Part shown: one piece after another, positions 39,030 through 52,818 of the stretch
Position numbering within the stretch: position 1 is the first letter of the stretch
Layout of the letters: each line of letters opens with the position of its first letter
Assembly: GCF_009834535.1 (NCBI RefSeq)
Contig: NC_045696.1
Span: 44,022,001-44,086,000, forward strand
Length of the DNA stretch: 64,000 bases
Reading direction: 5' to 3'
Origin: Camelus ferus
Lineage: Eukaryota
Made by a program: the position numbers and the translations under genes
The notes under the pieces: model-generated
What the model was told of the DNA's origin: nothing
The model's input: only the letters and a program-made list of their open reading frames with translations
Databases searched by the model: none

Positions 39030-40350
39030 TTCTTTTTTTCTTCAGCTAAATTGAGATATAACTGACACATGAAATATTTAGGTGTTTAAATTGTACATGT
39101 GATGAGTTGATATATGTATATATTGTAGAAAGGATTCCTTCCATCTAGGTAATTAACACATCCATCCCCTCACATATTTACCTTTTTTTTGTGAGAACAC
39201 TCATAACAAATTTCAGTTATACAATACAGTGTTATCGACTACAGTGATCATGTTATACATTAGATCCTAAGATCTTATTGATCTTATACCTGAAATTTTA
39301 TACCTTTTTACCAATTCCTCCTTATTTCACCTATTCCTTGCCCCTGGCAACCACTTTTCTAGTCTCTGTTTCTATTAGTTTGACCTTTTTTTTTTTTTTT
39401 AAGATTCCACATATGATACTGTACAGTACTTGTCTTTATCTGGCTTATTTCATTTCTTAGCATAATACCATCAAGTTTTACTCATGTTGTTGCACTTGGC
39501 AGGAGTTCCTTCTTTCCCATGGCTGAATGATAGTCCATTACATATGTATACCACATACTTATCCATTCACCCATGATAGACCGTTAGATTGTTCCCATAT
39601 CTTGGCTACTGTGAATAATGCAGCAGTGATCATGGGAATGTAGATATCTTTCTGAGTCCTGATTTCATTACCTTTGGATATATACCCAGAAGCAAAGTTG
39701 CTGGATGATATGATAGTTCTATTGTTTAACTTTTTTTGAGGGAACTATACTGTTTTCCATAGTGGCTGTACAAGTTTACATTCCCACCAACAGTATACAA
39801 GGGTTCCTATTTTTACACATTCTCTTCAGCATTTGTTATTACTTGTTCTTTTTGGTAATAGCCATTCTAACAGGTATGAAATAACATCTCTTTGTGGTTT
39901 TGATTTGCATTTCCATGATGATTAGGGATGGTGAACATTTTTCACATACCTGTTGTCCCTTTGTATGTCTTCTTTGAGAAATTTCTATTCAGGTGTTCTG
40001 CCCATTTTTCAATCAGTTTTTTGTTGTTGTTGTTTGGTTTTTTTTTTGTTTGTTTGTTTGTTTTTGCTATTGAGTATTGTGAGTTGTTTAAATATTTTGG
40101 ATATTAACTCCTTATCAGATTTTATCAGAAAATATTTTCTCCCTTTGCAGAGTTTGCCTTTTCATTTTGTCAATGGTTTCCTTTGTTGTGTAGAAGCTTC
40201 TGAGTTTGATATAATCATACTTGTTTATTTTTGATATGTTGCCTTTGCTTTTGATGTCAAAAAAAAAAAAAAAAAAAACCATTGCCAAGATCCACATCAA
40301 GAAGTTTTTTTCCCAATATTTTTCTCTAGTATTTTTGTTTCAAGTCTAAT
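39030..40350 (-). mobile_element. 5'-truncated older LINE-1
   Basis: L1 3'UTR and ORF2 C-terminal homology (CATAGTGGCTGTACAAGTTTACATTCCCACCAACAG; track ORF 40115-40300 KYDYIKLRSFYTTKETI). Confidence 0.87.
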
Positions 40351-41614
40351 GCATAAGGCCATTATTTTTTTCTGGCAATTATATTTCATTTAATTCAAAG
40401 TGAAAATACTACATATTAATGGGATTTAGAATAAATCTCAGAATAAATGGAACATATCTTCATGGAGCTTCCTAATTATCACTTTTATAGTTGGAGTTTT
40501 AATAAAATAAAGAGCAGGAGGAGGAGGAAGAGGAGAGAAGAAAGGAAAAATGAAGAAAGGAAGGAGGAAAGAAAGGGGAAGAAAAGACCAAAATCTCTAC
40601 CAATTGTTATATACAAGAATCAGAATGTCATTAAAATGTTATTTATCATTTACATGTTAATTTTTAATTTTCACTTACTCTTAAGTGCATTCTTCTAAAA
40701 CTGGCCATTATTAGCTAAGGTTATAAAATATGCTGCCTGAATGTTTCTTTATGTGAACTGATTTATAGGGAATTATGCTTTTCAGACAAATCATATTCTT
40801 TAATCATAACTTGTTGAATTAAAAAAAGTTTCATTATAATCATTAATTTTAATATGAAATACACACACATATATATGAGTTTATGATTTGCATACTTCTA
40901 TAAAAACCATTCATCTCTAAGAATTTTCACAGATCACTTTGTTTAAATCATATAGAAGCTTAAACTGATCTTGGACATGACCATGTTTGTCTGAGGAGTC
41001 ATATAGAACCATTCTAGTTAGGAGCCATTCTAGTTAGTCAAAGTATCCACTTACATCTTCTCTCATCCCAGATGACTCTTTCATCTAAGTTAAGTCACAG
41101 GATATTCTCTGGATTCTGGATTTCTAGAGAGACCAGTCTGGTTCTTGTGAAAACAGCTAAATCACTGTTGATAGGCAGTAAATCTTCCTCCATCCATGAA
41201 GAAAGAAAGAAAGGTAATGGGAAAGGAAGATGATCATAGATTCACCTTAATCCATACCACCATCATAGAAAAAAAAATGCAGATGAATTCAGAAGAACAC
41301 AGGTTATACACATGAATTCCTGCACTTCCGAGAACAATTAGCTGCCAAAAGTCTTAGTTTTAAGAGCTCTATATAGAATTTAGACTCCCAAATATATTTA
41401 TCACTGTAAATTCATGAGTGAAATATTAGGGAAACTTAACCTCTTTATCAAACTCCCCTAACACTCAGATTGTTAAACAAACTAGATTGTTATTTCCCTT
41501 AATTACAAGAAATGAAACTTTCTAATCTGTGCTACCACTGGAACTCAGTGTGAGTAACTTTCTTATTTATTCTGCCTGAATCACAAAGACACACTACAGA
41601 AAAAGCAATTTCTG

Positions 41615-41696
41615 TGTTTGTGTGTATATATATATATACACACATACATATATATTATATATATATATATACATAAATATATACACACACACACAT
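41615..41696. repeat. Compound TG/TA/CA microsatellite
   Basis: Read directly from the sequence. Confidence 0.85.
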
Positions 41697-43420
41697 GCTT
41701 TTACTTACATATGTGCATGCATAGTTGGATAGAGATATGCAATTTTGTCGTTTCAGATGAAAGAGTACTCATCCTTTTCCTATCCAAATCCTAGCTCAAT
41801 TTCTCCCTCAACACTGTTAAAAAAAAAAAAAAAAACTCATTGTTGATTAAGTATTTGTATAGCAACTGGAGTATTTTATATATTTACCCTACAGATCAAA
41901 AACTTTGATTAGAGATGCACACGTGCCTTCATTCACATCCTACATCTTTTCTTTCCACTTCCGTTCTGACTTTGGTCTTTAATACCTCGTCCTTGGTGGC
42001 TTTATTTTTTTAAACTGTCAGAAAAGGAATAGAGATTAGTACATTATTAAAAATACCAATAAAATAATATCAGACAAAAGAACATTCAATGTACTATTAA
42101 GAAAAAAACAATAAAGCAACACACACATTCCAACACTTTTATCCAAGAAACTAGACGAATTTTCAAGAATCTTACCACAGGAAATTATAATAATGTCTGG
42201 ATGGTCAATGGCAGGAATTGCAGCAAAGGAAGGGATTTAAGTTCTATATATGGCTTATAACATGTTCTCCAAAGTTCTATTTACAATCAGTAGCAAAACA
42301 TGATTATCAATAACATAACCTATAGGGAGCTTTTACTTAGAAATAGGTGTTTGTTTCAGAGGAAGAGGTTGTATTCTGGACGACATTAAAGATAATTAAA
42401 ATATGACTCCTATATATGCAACTGGATGTTCCCATGTATATTCATGAAGGAATCATACTAATCCAAAAGAACATGTTATTAATACTTGTAAAGATGATCA
42501 ATTAGTTAACAGCTAGACCTATCATCTGAATATTTATCCATTTATATATACCTTTTGATTACAGATTTCTCCCAAAGAAAACTAATTAACTAGCTAAGAA
42601 TTGAATAAAATAAAATAAAATAAAATTCAATTCTAAGTATTGAATAAAGTTGCAATTTGAAGACAGTGAAAAATATGGGAAAATATACTCCTTGATTGAT
42701 GAGGTTAAGATATGTTTTAGTCATCTGTCACAGTTGCCTTCTGCCCTTGCCTTTGTGCAAGATTAGACATTTACAACACCTTTATTTTCTCTTCATTTAT
42801 CCATTTTATATGTGATAGGAGGAAGAGGGCAGATGGAAAATGCAAAAACTTTACCTAAAGTTCACAGTACCTTCAAGGTTCTACATGTACATATATAAAT
42901 GATCTGAATGGTTTTCTAAGGTATGGAGTAGTGTGCAGTTAATGGAATAGACTTAGGCCATATCAAATTCAAAACAGAATAGAAGGAGCATCTCTCAGTG
43001 TCTAGTCTGTAGTTGCACTCTCACATTGGGTCATATATCTTCCCTGAAATAAAGTTCAAAAACAGGTTTGTCCAACCACTCTTTTTATCACAAAGGACTC
43101 ATACTAGAAAGCCCACTGGACAAATGATAAGTTAAAAATAAAAGATTCAGTTAAATAAGAAACTATTATTGGCACTATTCTTTATCCCCAGTACTACATT
43201 TGGAACTGTGGACACCCCTCACACCCGCCCCCCCCCAAAAAAAATTAAAGTCACCATTTCTACATTCAAGAAGCTTAATCTGGATGGGCCAAGTAAAATA
43301 AATGTAATAAACTTAAATAAATTAGGGGCTTAACTAATTTAGAAAATAATTTCAGAGGAGTGAATTACTATCAGTACTAAGCACTGAGTTTGTCCTTCAT
43401 CATTTAAGATAATTTTCTTT

Positions 43421-43560
43421 TTTGTTTGTTTGTTTGTGGGTTTTTTTCTGGGGGGGAGGTATTATCTATTTATTTATTTTTACTGGAGGTTCTGAGGATT
43501 AAACCCAGGACTTTGTGCATACTAAGCACACACTCCACCACTGAGCTCTACCCTCCCCCC
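43421..43560 (-). mobile_element. tRNA-derived SINE, vic-1-like (camelid)
   Basis: The minus strand reads GGGGGGAGGGTAGAGCTCAGTGGTGGAGTGTGTGCTTAGTATGCACAAAGTCCTGGGTTTAATCCTCAG, a tRNA-Ala-like head with A and B boxes, then an A-rich tail. TSD GATAATTTTCTTT at 43408-43420 and 43564-43576. Confidence 0.85.
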
Positions 43561-46500
43561 GAGGATAATTTTCTTTCTTCATGACAGGACGTCAAATACG
43601 TCCAAGAAATATGACGTATGACAAACCTTAGTATGCGGTTTACCTAGGCTACATTTGTGAGGGGGTCTGCTTTTCTTTACATGTTTTAAGCATCCTTGTG
43701 CCTTAATAAATATTAATTAATAATGAGGGAGATAAGAAAGCTATTGCTTTCAGTACCCACCTAATAAAATTAATACTAATATTAATTTATTCAACAAATT
43801 TCAATTCAGTGCTTACCATAAGCTTATATTAAAGTTGGCACTGGAGAGATAATAATAAATATGACAGGCACAGTCCCTGTTTTATGAGTCACACAGACTA
43901 GCTTCTTTTCAAGGACAGTGTTTATAAAAAGGCAATAAGTAGATAAATTTATATATTTATTGAAAATAATCATTTGTGTTTTGGAATTTAACTATGAGGT
44001 ACCATAAAGATACACCTAAGACTATGGAAATAAAGGGATTAAGACTGCCCTCTGAACTAAATGTTTAATTCAGTATATTCCAGATCAGCAAAATCATCTT
44101 AAAAATAATGGCTCCCAAACCTTCAAGATAAACTGTAATTGGATTGAACATATTAATATATCAAGTAAATAATATATTAGAAGGTGATTGTCAGTCTTGG
44201 AAGCACGGAAAAGAGAGACAACCGGAAAAGCATTGTCACTCCCTATCCACTCTTCTGACCCAGAAGAGAGTGTGTTCTTAAACAATGAATGCTTTTTCAA
44301 AACCAGAGTTAGGCATAAATGGTATTAAAGGCCTGTGACTTAATGCTGCACACATCAAACAAATTTCTGAATGTAATTTGCTTCCTAATAGGATCTGCTT
44401 TCAGAAACAGATATGGTTACACTGGTAAAAGTATTATAATCTGTGTGATGGTTTGAATTCTCATTGTAAAATAAGACATTGGCTTTCTGACTTTATACAT
44501 CAGTCTCTGTGACTTTATTGAATGTGAGGCTAACCCTGAAAGCAACCCATGCTCAATATGCTAAAGCAATCAGGATTCTAAATCTGAAAACCTGAGAGCA
44601 GGATAATGACAAATTCATTAAGGTTATACATGTACTCTATCAAAACACATCCATTGACTTTCCTAGGCCACACTCCAATTTAATGGTAAACTGCTGACCA
44701 TACATGCCATTTTACTCTAGGTTTCTACATTCCCTAATGTTTTAGGTTTCTAGGTAAGAAACAGAACTGTATCTATAAGCATCAGGGAGCTATTTTGTAA
44801 TGTATACATCTAACTTAAACCCCATGTGTATATCACACATCTTATCTTAGACTGTAGACATTGATAGTTTGACAGTCGCTTTAGCATGGTGGATAATATT
44901 TTATAAGCAGCAACGTATTGGTAGAAATGAACATGGGCAGAACATTGTGGGAAAATGATTTCAGAAAAGGGACTTTGAAAACAAATATGCTTGTATAATA
45001 TTAGTATACCTTAGGATCTAATGAAACAGAATGGTTCTAGTAAACCATATCGAACAGTTGTTTTTAATAACAAATACTTGAGTTAGAAACTAAATGTAGG
45101 CTTTTCTCATCCCAGCTGAAGCCTTCTAAAAAGCTTACGTTTTATAAATATATTTCTTATTTAATTCTTTACTTCTAGAACCTCTCATGTGAACTTTGAC
45201 TATTGCTCTCAAAATTAGGTGGTAGAAAGGAAAGAATACATCTTAAAAATACATATATCAGAAATAATAATAATAAGCCTTCTTTGTGGGGATCATTTTC
45301 TTTTTTAGGTACTTCTTTCAAACATCTGTTTTTCCATTCTTTAAATTTTTTTTTCAAGTAATTTTGATTTACTTTGTCTCCCTCATTTCTTTTCTTCTTC
45401 CTGATGACATTCCATCAGTCACATTATTGTGGCAAGAGTTTGTCCTCACAATCTCTAATTGAAAATTCTGGGAGGAAGCTGTTATTGTCATTGTTCATTG
45501 TACTGCTGTTTTAGTCACAACTGCACTAGCAGAATGCTCACTGAGCCAGAAATATCAAGCAGCTCTGTCCACAGATCAGCTCCTCCGTCGGGGGAGGGCT
45601 GGGGAGAAGGAAGACTAAAAAGGAACAGAAGCTCTAATTAAGTACAGATCCACTGGCTTTCTCCCAGTGATTACCTGGGGGATTTTAGGGGCAGAAGGTT
45701 GACGTTATATTCTTGATGTACACTAGTAGAAGTGGCATTACTAGTAGCACTAACAAATTGTGTGTTGATTAAGAGTGCAAAAAATGTTTTCCCATGCATT
45801 TTTATCAATGAATATATACAGACCATAAAACTTAGTTAATTTGGTGGGACGTGCTGGAAAGCAAGGATAAGAGGGGAAAAGGACATATCTCTGTGTTCTT
45901 AGGTACTCTTTCTGACCATTCAACTATTAGTTATTGAACAGTCTTTCAATGTGTATCCTTAATGGGCATGAAGAATATCGGTTTCAAAAATGCTAAAAAA
46001 TTGAGTGAGTTGCTGGGTAGAGCCATCATTCCTGCCACGTGATAAGACATTTCTAGAAGAGAGTAAGAGGGTCAGGACAGCCTGCCTGAGGCTGTTCTGG
46101 CTTCTTCTACCAAATGAGATGCTGACTAGTATCTCCAGCCTTGTCAGTCAACTAGTCCAAGTTAAAATAAACCCTGAGACATTTATCTTTTATTCAGATT
46201 AATTAGCTACTGAGCAGCACAATGAAAATTAATTAGGAAAACACTGTATAAGATAACGCACAATGCTATCACTGAGAACTGCAAAGTCTTCCCAGTAAAG
46301 CAGAACCTGTTGCCACATGTTCAGGATAAGCCTGTGTTTGTGCTCTGGAGTTATTTGCCAGAGGCATTACATCAAAATCACTGACTCAGTCCTGGTGATC
46401 TCTCATTTCCTGTGAATAATTGTGAATATGTCTTGTAAACAGTCCCCAGGAACTTCACATAAGATACTAGGTTTTTTGTTTGCTGTTTTTAGGTAGTACT

Positions 46501-48279
46501 TTACTAAAAAAAAAAAAAAAAAAAAAAAAAGAATTAAATCCACTAATTCCCAATTTAGTGCTTAATGACAATAAATATATAGGAGTTGGGGTTATAATCA
46601 CTAAAAATGTTACCCTGTCACATTAATTTTTATGAAAAATAAAATAACATTTCTCCATAACCATTTTTATAAAACATCATACCATAAAATTTTCTTTATA
46701 TATCCCTCACTATTATAATGAAGAGTGCAATGATATATTTGGTTTGTACTTACTCATTTTCAATACCTGAAAATTATCTCTGGAAATCTCAATTAGATCT
46801 AAAGCTCTCACCTAATTCTGTTTGAACATAGCTCTGTTTAACAGATTTATTAAGTTTCCAGGATAATTACGGTTCCTAAAATATAACTACACACAGTAAA
46901 AGCCGCTGTACATGGAGCAGCAGATCTAAGCCTGACTCCCAGCAGTGTGTCTGAAAGAGCTTCCAATGTTATTTTCCACAATAAGGCCCACTAGTTGGCA
47001 GAACCCCTGGAAGCTATGCAAACAGCAACACATCTGTTCCCTAAGAGGCAAAATGCTGCGTCTCAGTTGAGATGTTTATTCCCTTCACCAGCAACATTGA
47101 GAAATAGCAAATCCTGGAGCTGTCTAGAAGGAATTTTCCTTGATAAGCCTGCATTTCCTTATAGAAAGAGAGAATTCTGGCAATGCCAAAGACAGTGAAT
47201 CCCTGTACTTCCATTCATGATACTTAGCGAGTAGCCTCCTTTTCATATTGGCAGAATCAAAGTATATTCAACATTTTGTGTATATGAAGTCTGAAGCCTG
47301 AATAAAGCTGAAGTCCTCAGCAGAAAAGGAAAATTTTAACGTCCATTAGTTAGCTTGTTTAAACTATTATTTCCAGAGCTAATTATTTGTTTAACTAAGA
47401 GATTAAGTCTTGATTTTTAGTGCTCGTGAGTAAATGAAATGTTTTTGCGTTTCATAAGCATACTTGAATTTCAAGTCTTGTTTTTAGCCAAGGAACAAAG
47501 TTCAGCTAAGACTTTCCGGTCATTACACCTCTTCTGAGCTATGACTTAACCTGAAGGAATAAAAAAAAGTTAGCCTTTATAATAAAAATGGAAGCTCCCT
47601 TAGAAATTCCATCATTTCATTTTATAAATATCACCTCAATACTCAAACTTTCAAATTTGCATTTACAACCTAAATATACTCCTGAGCTCCAAAACTCCAT
47701 TTCTAACTGCTTCCTGAATATTTAGATATTTTCCCAACTACTCAAAAGACAACAGTTTAAAATTCAAAATGCTTTGCTTTACATCCCACAATAACTTTTC
47801 CCTTCTTCCTTTTGTCTGCATTCCTTCCTGTTGTTGTTTTAAAACAATACATGCTATTTTAACAGCACTGCTACTCATAGTCATCCCCAAAAATCACTGC
47901 CTTACATCTCCCCATCTAGTCAATCCTAATCATCTACATTACTACCTGCCTTCTCCAAAGCTTCATTTCTTATCTTCTAAATACACAGAAATATCTTCTA
48001 TATTGCTTTTCTCAGCCAGTATCTGCCCCTTCAATCAGCTATGAACGACACAGCTAGGTTCCTAAGTCCCTGCTTAAAGTCTCTACTACTTACCACGCAA
48101 ATCACAGACTTTACCTCTGCCATCAGGGTCAGCCCCTACAAAGGATCAGCACCAGTTGTTGAACAAACATGAATGTGAAGCAATTTATCCCACAAACCTA
48201 GTAGGTTCCAGGGACTGCACTGTGTGCTGGGACATAATGTGAGCTAAACTGAAGGTACTTTCTCCTGATAAGGACCATA

Positions 48280-48766
48280 CGGTAGTCACCCCTCATCCAA
48301 GGGGCTTACCTTCCAAGACCCTTAGTGGAGCCTGAAACCACAAACAGAACTGAACCCTAATATACTATTTTTCCTATACATATATACCTAAGATAAAGTT
48401 TAATTTATAAATTAGGCACATAAGAGAATATCTGAATTGCCAGCATGACTGCTCTTATGCACTTGGGCCATTACTAAGTAAAGTACGGGTACTGTGAACA
48501 CGAGCACTGCCATGCAGCCACAGCTGATCTGATTACTGAGCCAGTTACGTAGTGACCTGCAGGCGGGATCTGCTGGACACAAGTTCCATGTTCTGGGTGG
48601 GAAAGAGCAGGACTGCAAGATTTCATCATGATACTCAGAACCATGCAATTTAAAACTTTTAAACTGTTTATTTTTGGAAATTTTAATTTTTATATTTTCA
48701 GACTGTGGATGACTGCAGATAACTGAAACTTTGGAAAGCAAAACTGTGTATAAAGGCGGACTACTG
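48280..48766. mobile_element. MER44/Tigger7-type non-autonomous Tc1/mariner DNA transposon
   Basis: Terminal inverted repeats CGGTAGTCACCCCTCATCC ... GTATAAAGGCGGACTACTG, flanked by TA dinucleotides (48278-48279, 48767-48768). Confidence 0.85.
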
Positions 48767-49229
48767 TATTTTGTTGGAAAGCTAATCTGTGCTAATATTC
48801 TTGCTCCCCTCATTCCTAGCTGGGAGTGGAAAGAGTGATTTACCTACTCTGTGCCTCAGTTGCTCACCTATAAAATGGTGACTAAAGTGTAGGGAAGGGA
48901 AGTACTTAGCTTATTGGGTTGATGTAGGGGTTAAGTGAAGAAATCTATGCTATGCTGTTGGTTTAGGATATTTATTTTGAGATTCTTCATTGATGGCAAG
49001 AACTTCTTTCCAGTCTCTCTAATTAGCAATGTACTGGATTAGGCAATGTATTCAACTGTGACAGCTCATGTCAATTGCTGCCTCAAGGCAAGATTCCCCC
49101 TTGTACCTCTAGTTTCACGTTCCATGATTTCTAAATCTTTATTTATCATGAGCTTTACCTTATTATTATAATTAATTTTATTAGTCATTATTATTGTATC
49201 ATATTTATTAACACTCTTTCCATCATAAT

Positions 49230-49470
49230 CACTATTGTCACTTATTTGATTTGATTATGACCTAGGCCTTACATGTATTTAATCCTCACTAAAAAAGGTA
49301 TAATATTATTCCCACTTCACAGACAAGAAAACTAAAGTTTGGGGATAAATGGGAAGATATTAAGTAGCTTAACAGTTCATACAGCATCATTTAGCTAGTA
49401 AGTTGTGAAGTCAGGATTCAAATCCCCATCTGTTTCACTGCAGAACGCACACTCTTAGCTTCCGTGTTAA
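49230..49470 (-). mobile_element. MIR SINE
   Basis: ATTTAATCCTCAC...CCCACTTCACAGACAAGAAAACTAAAG...CAGGATTCAAATCCC. Confidence 0.75.
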
Positions 49471-52400
49471 GGATCTGTCACAGGCTACTATCCTGTTGTT
49501 AGCCTGTCTTAGCCAGGCTAAGTTTGTAAAATCTTAAATGTGCATTAAGACATTTGTTAATGTATTACATTTATCAATATATTTATTAAAAGCATAAATT
49601 ATGTTTTCATCTATCATCTCTGTAATATCTCCTCACCTGGGGCCTTGCATTTGATAAGTGTTGAAATACATATTTATTGCATAAATAAATGTGAGAATGA
49701 AGGAATGAAGTTAAGTCTGTAGAACAGAAAAATCTGGGTGATTGTGAAGGGAAAGGGGATTTATCAGGTTTTCTGCGTGCATCATCCTCTCTAAGCAGCA
49801 TAGTCAAAAGTGAAATGGAGGGAAAAAAGAGCTACAGACCATGATGAAGATGATTAAAGAGAGTACAGAGCAGCTGTCAAAGCAAATATCAAGCAACATT
49901 AATAACGTTATAGCTCACCATGAGGCTGTCTCAAATATTTCCAAGAAAATAGGATCCTTGCTGTTGCACAGAGTAAGTGAGACTAATAATCAAGTGCAGA
50001 TTCAAAGAAATTTTTTTGTCAGATACCTTGAGCTGCAGACATTTTTAGAAAATAAAAAAATAAAAAGACACTTAAACCAACAGAAAAATACATGACTCAG
50101 AGGAAAATATTATTGCTTTCCTGGTATTTTACTTTGGGGCAGAGTTGATAAGAACAAGATCTGAGATGTTCACCACCTATTATCTAAGTTGTTTGAATAG
50201 TCAGATAATATCCCCCAAATTTCTGATGCTGATCCAAAAATAACCATGTTGTGAGACTTGCCAGTGAAAAGCCTCAGCACTCCCAAGAATTCATTTTACA
50301 TGTATTTCAACCTGTCCAGTGGGTTTGAAAGATGATCTACATGGATAAAAGTGAAAATTTGAGATCAGGTGCTAATTTCTATTCTAAATATGAAATTATT
50401 TATTTTAAATAATTTATATTTTTCAAATGTCAAAGACTCTACGTATAAGTTTCTTGTGTATTAGTAACACATTATCTGCATAATTTCTTGACTATAGTGT
50501 CTAGTAAATCTATTTATTTGCTCATTTACACAATTTTCACTGTAATAAGCTTTTGTGGATTTTGTGTTGTGACAACTGTGCATCCCTTAGGTGTATAATG
50601 TGGGCTGCAAAGGAAGCAGGAGGTTTATCTCTGGTCTCATTTAGCTGACAGTTAGTTTATGGGCATTAGGAATTAAAAAAAAAAAAAAAAACTTTTACTT
50701 ATATACTGATTTGGCAGTGTGAAAAAAAAATATTATCATTGTTCCTCTCAACTTCCACTGCCCAGTTTGATTTTGGATAGAAAAGTTAAGACAATAGTAA
50801 ATAATAGGGAAAAAACAAAAATAGCTAAGGCAACTTGGAGTAAAATAAAAGGTCCATGGTATAAAGACAACTACAGTGGTACTTGACAGTGGGTCCTGTG
50901 ATTCTATAAATGGTAGATCACATTGCGGTAGGTGTGCTTTTAATCTTGGACTGAAATAATCTTATTTACCTGGCTATTTCTTACATTTCAGACTTCAACT
51001 GAAATGTTGTCCTTTTATGGCTACTGGCCCTAACTAAACTTTGTTAAGGAATCCACTTACAACCATCCAAACAAAGCTACCATCACACAATTAATAATTG
51101 ATCTCAGTCTTTCCCACTAAAATATTTGTCTCATGAAGCTTCTAACCTTGCCTACTGTGTTCTTCTCTGTAACTTTTAGGCCTTGCACATGGTAAGTACT
51201 TAGTAAGTTTTTGTTGAATGAGTAAATGAATGAATGAATGAATTAGCATTCTAGTTATTATTTTCCAAAAGATTATGTCTACTAGATAACATGGCTAGGT
51301 CTCAGACATTGTGAAACATATACTTACGTGTTAGGACGTGATATTTATTTAAAACAGTTGCATTTCTAAGGGCCCAGATCCCTTGGGACAGATCTGCATC
51401 TCTGCATCACTGTGAGGAAGGGCTGTAGTGTTGTTATCTAATCTCTCTACATGGCAAGTTTCTGTATCACTAGCAGAACTGTCATAAACTTGACAGTAAC
51501 TTGGCCTTAAGTATACCAAGTGGAATCCTTTTGTGAATCCAGCCCATAGGTCTTGCTTTTATAATGCTAAAGTTTACAAAGGGAAAAAAAATCGTAAGTT
51601 TATAGAAGGTAGACTAACAGTATGCTCAGAGAGAAAGACCTAGATTAGGTAAGAGAATTCTAGCCCAGAAGTGAACTCTGAATCAAAGTAGAACTGAAAT
51701 CAGTCATCACTTTAATAACTGATAAAGCAAATTTTACTTTTTATTTCTTAATTTCTGAAAAAAAGGAGTAGTAAAAGACTGATGCTTTTACTCAAAGAGT
51801 TTCTGGTTGTTAAGCTTGGTGTTCCAAACATTCTGTAGGAAAATAAAACACTCAAGGTCTTTTGTCTACTAGTTAGGATGAAAAGTTAAAGTAAACTGTA
51901 GCTTGATCTCACTTGGCTGATCTTTAAGAAAGTGTATTTAAACTAAATGGTAAACTAAACATCCTAACATAGGTAAAGAATTTTTCTTATCTTCATGACG
52001 TTTCTTTCAAATTACATTTTTCTTTTTTGTAAAGAATGTGATAGGAAATAGTTAATTAAATGGTTAGTCAATGATCTAACCTTGGGTTTATAATGAAATG
52101 TTAAAATGCTAATCCCTGGATTCCTAATCTTTCTGAAGTCAGAGGCATGCTGGCAACAGGTCTCCTGTTTACTACTTTTTTTAGAACTGTATAATTCAAA
52201 TATTTGATATGCCCACTATGGTCTCTAAAGCAAGAATGCAGGGAAAATGCTCACTTGGTTAGAGAACAAAGAGATTAAGAAAGTGTCTGGTACTTACTAA
52301 AAGTATAAATAAACAAATGAAAATACATTAATTGCTCTTTATATTTTGGGGAGGAAAAGAAATATTTTACATTTTATCAGTTAGTTTCAGAATAAAGTAA

Positions 52401-52767
52401 ACAAAAAGTACCGATCAGAAAGATGTAGTTTACATGCTTAGAATGGTTTATCTATGAATATACTGCTATCTAACTCATACATTTATGGTGTACTTTAGGT
52501 AAAATGCATTAATTGCAAGAAATAAACTGATCTGGAAACAGTATCTTATATCTTCGAGCTTCAATAAGATTATCCTAAAAAGAGTGATTTATTCATGGAC
52601 TTGAAATGTAATGATGTCTTATTTTTTGTCTCCATTAGAGAGAATTATGCCAGTTCAAAATGGCCAGAATACCTTTCTTTAGTTTCAGAATAAAATAAGA
52701 ATTTGAGGAATATCCAAACTGGTATTGGGAAAAACAAAACAAAACACAAAAACCTTTCCTTTTACAG

Positions 52768-52818
52768 TATCTCTGATGTAAACCAGAACTTTCTTGCTGT
52801 TGACCTTAGTAGTCATAG
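52768..52818 (+). CDS. Candidate 51-bp exon (ISDVNQNFLAVDLSSH, phase 2->2)
   Basis: CCTTTCCTTTTACAG| acceptor and TAG|GTACTG donor; open in the same phase as the 36450 exon. Confidence 0.35.

Noticed and set aside
43421..43560. tRNA-Ala gene
   Set aside because: Degenerate cloverleaf with an A-rich tail and TSD, so it is a SINE rather than a tRNA gene.
49841..50095. 84-aa ATG-initiated ORF with coiled-coil-like start
   Set aside because: No recognisable homology, splice context or codon signal; the length is within chance expectation.
51170..51245. Apparent micro-exon ending ATG|GTAAGT
   Set aside because: It lies in an L2 3' terminus (GCACATGGTAAGTACTTAG...TGAATGAATGAATG), so the motif is repeat-derived.
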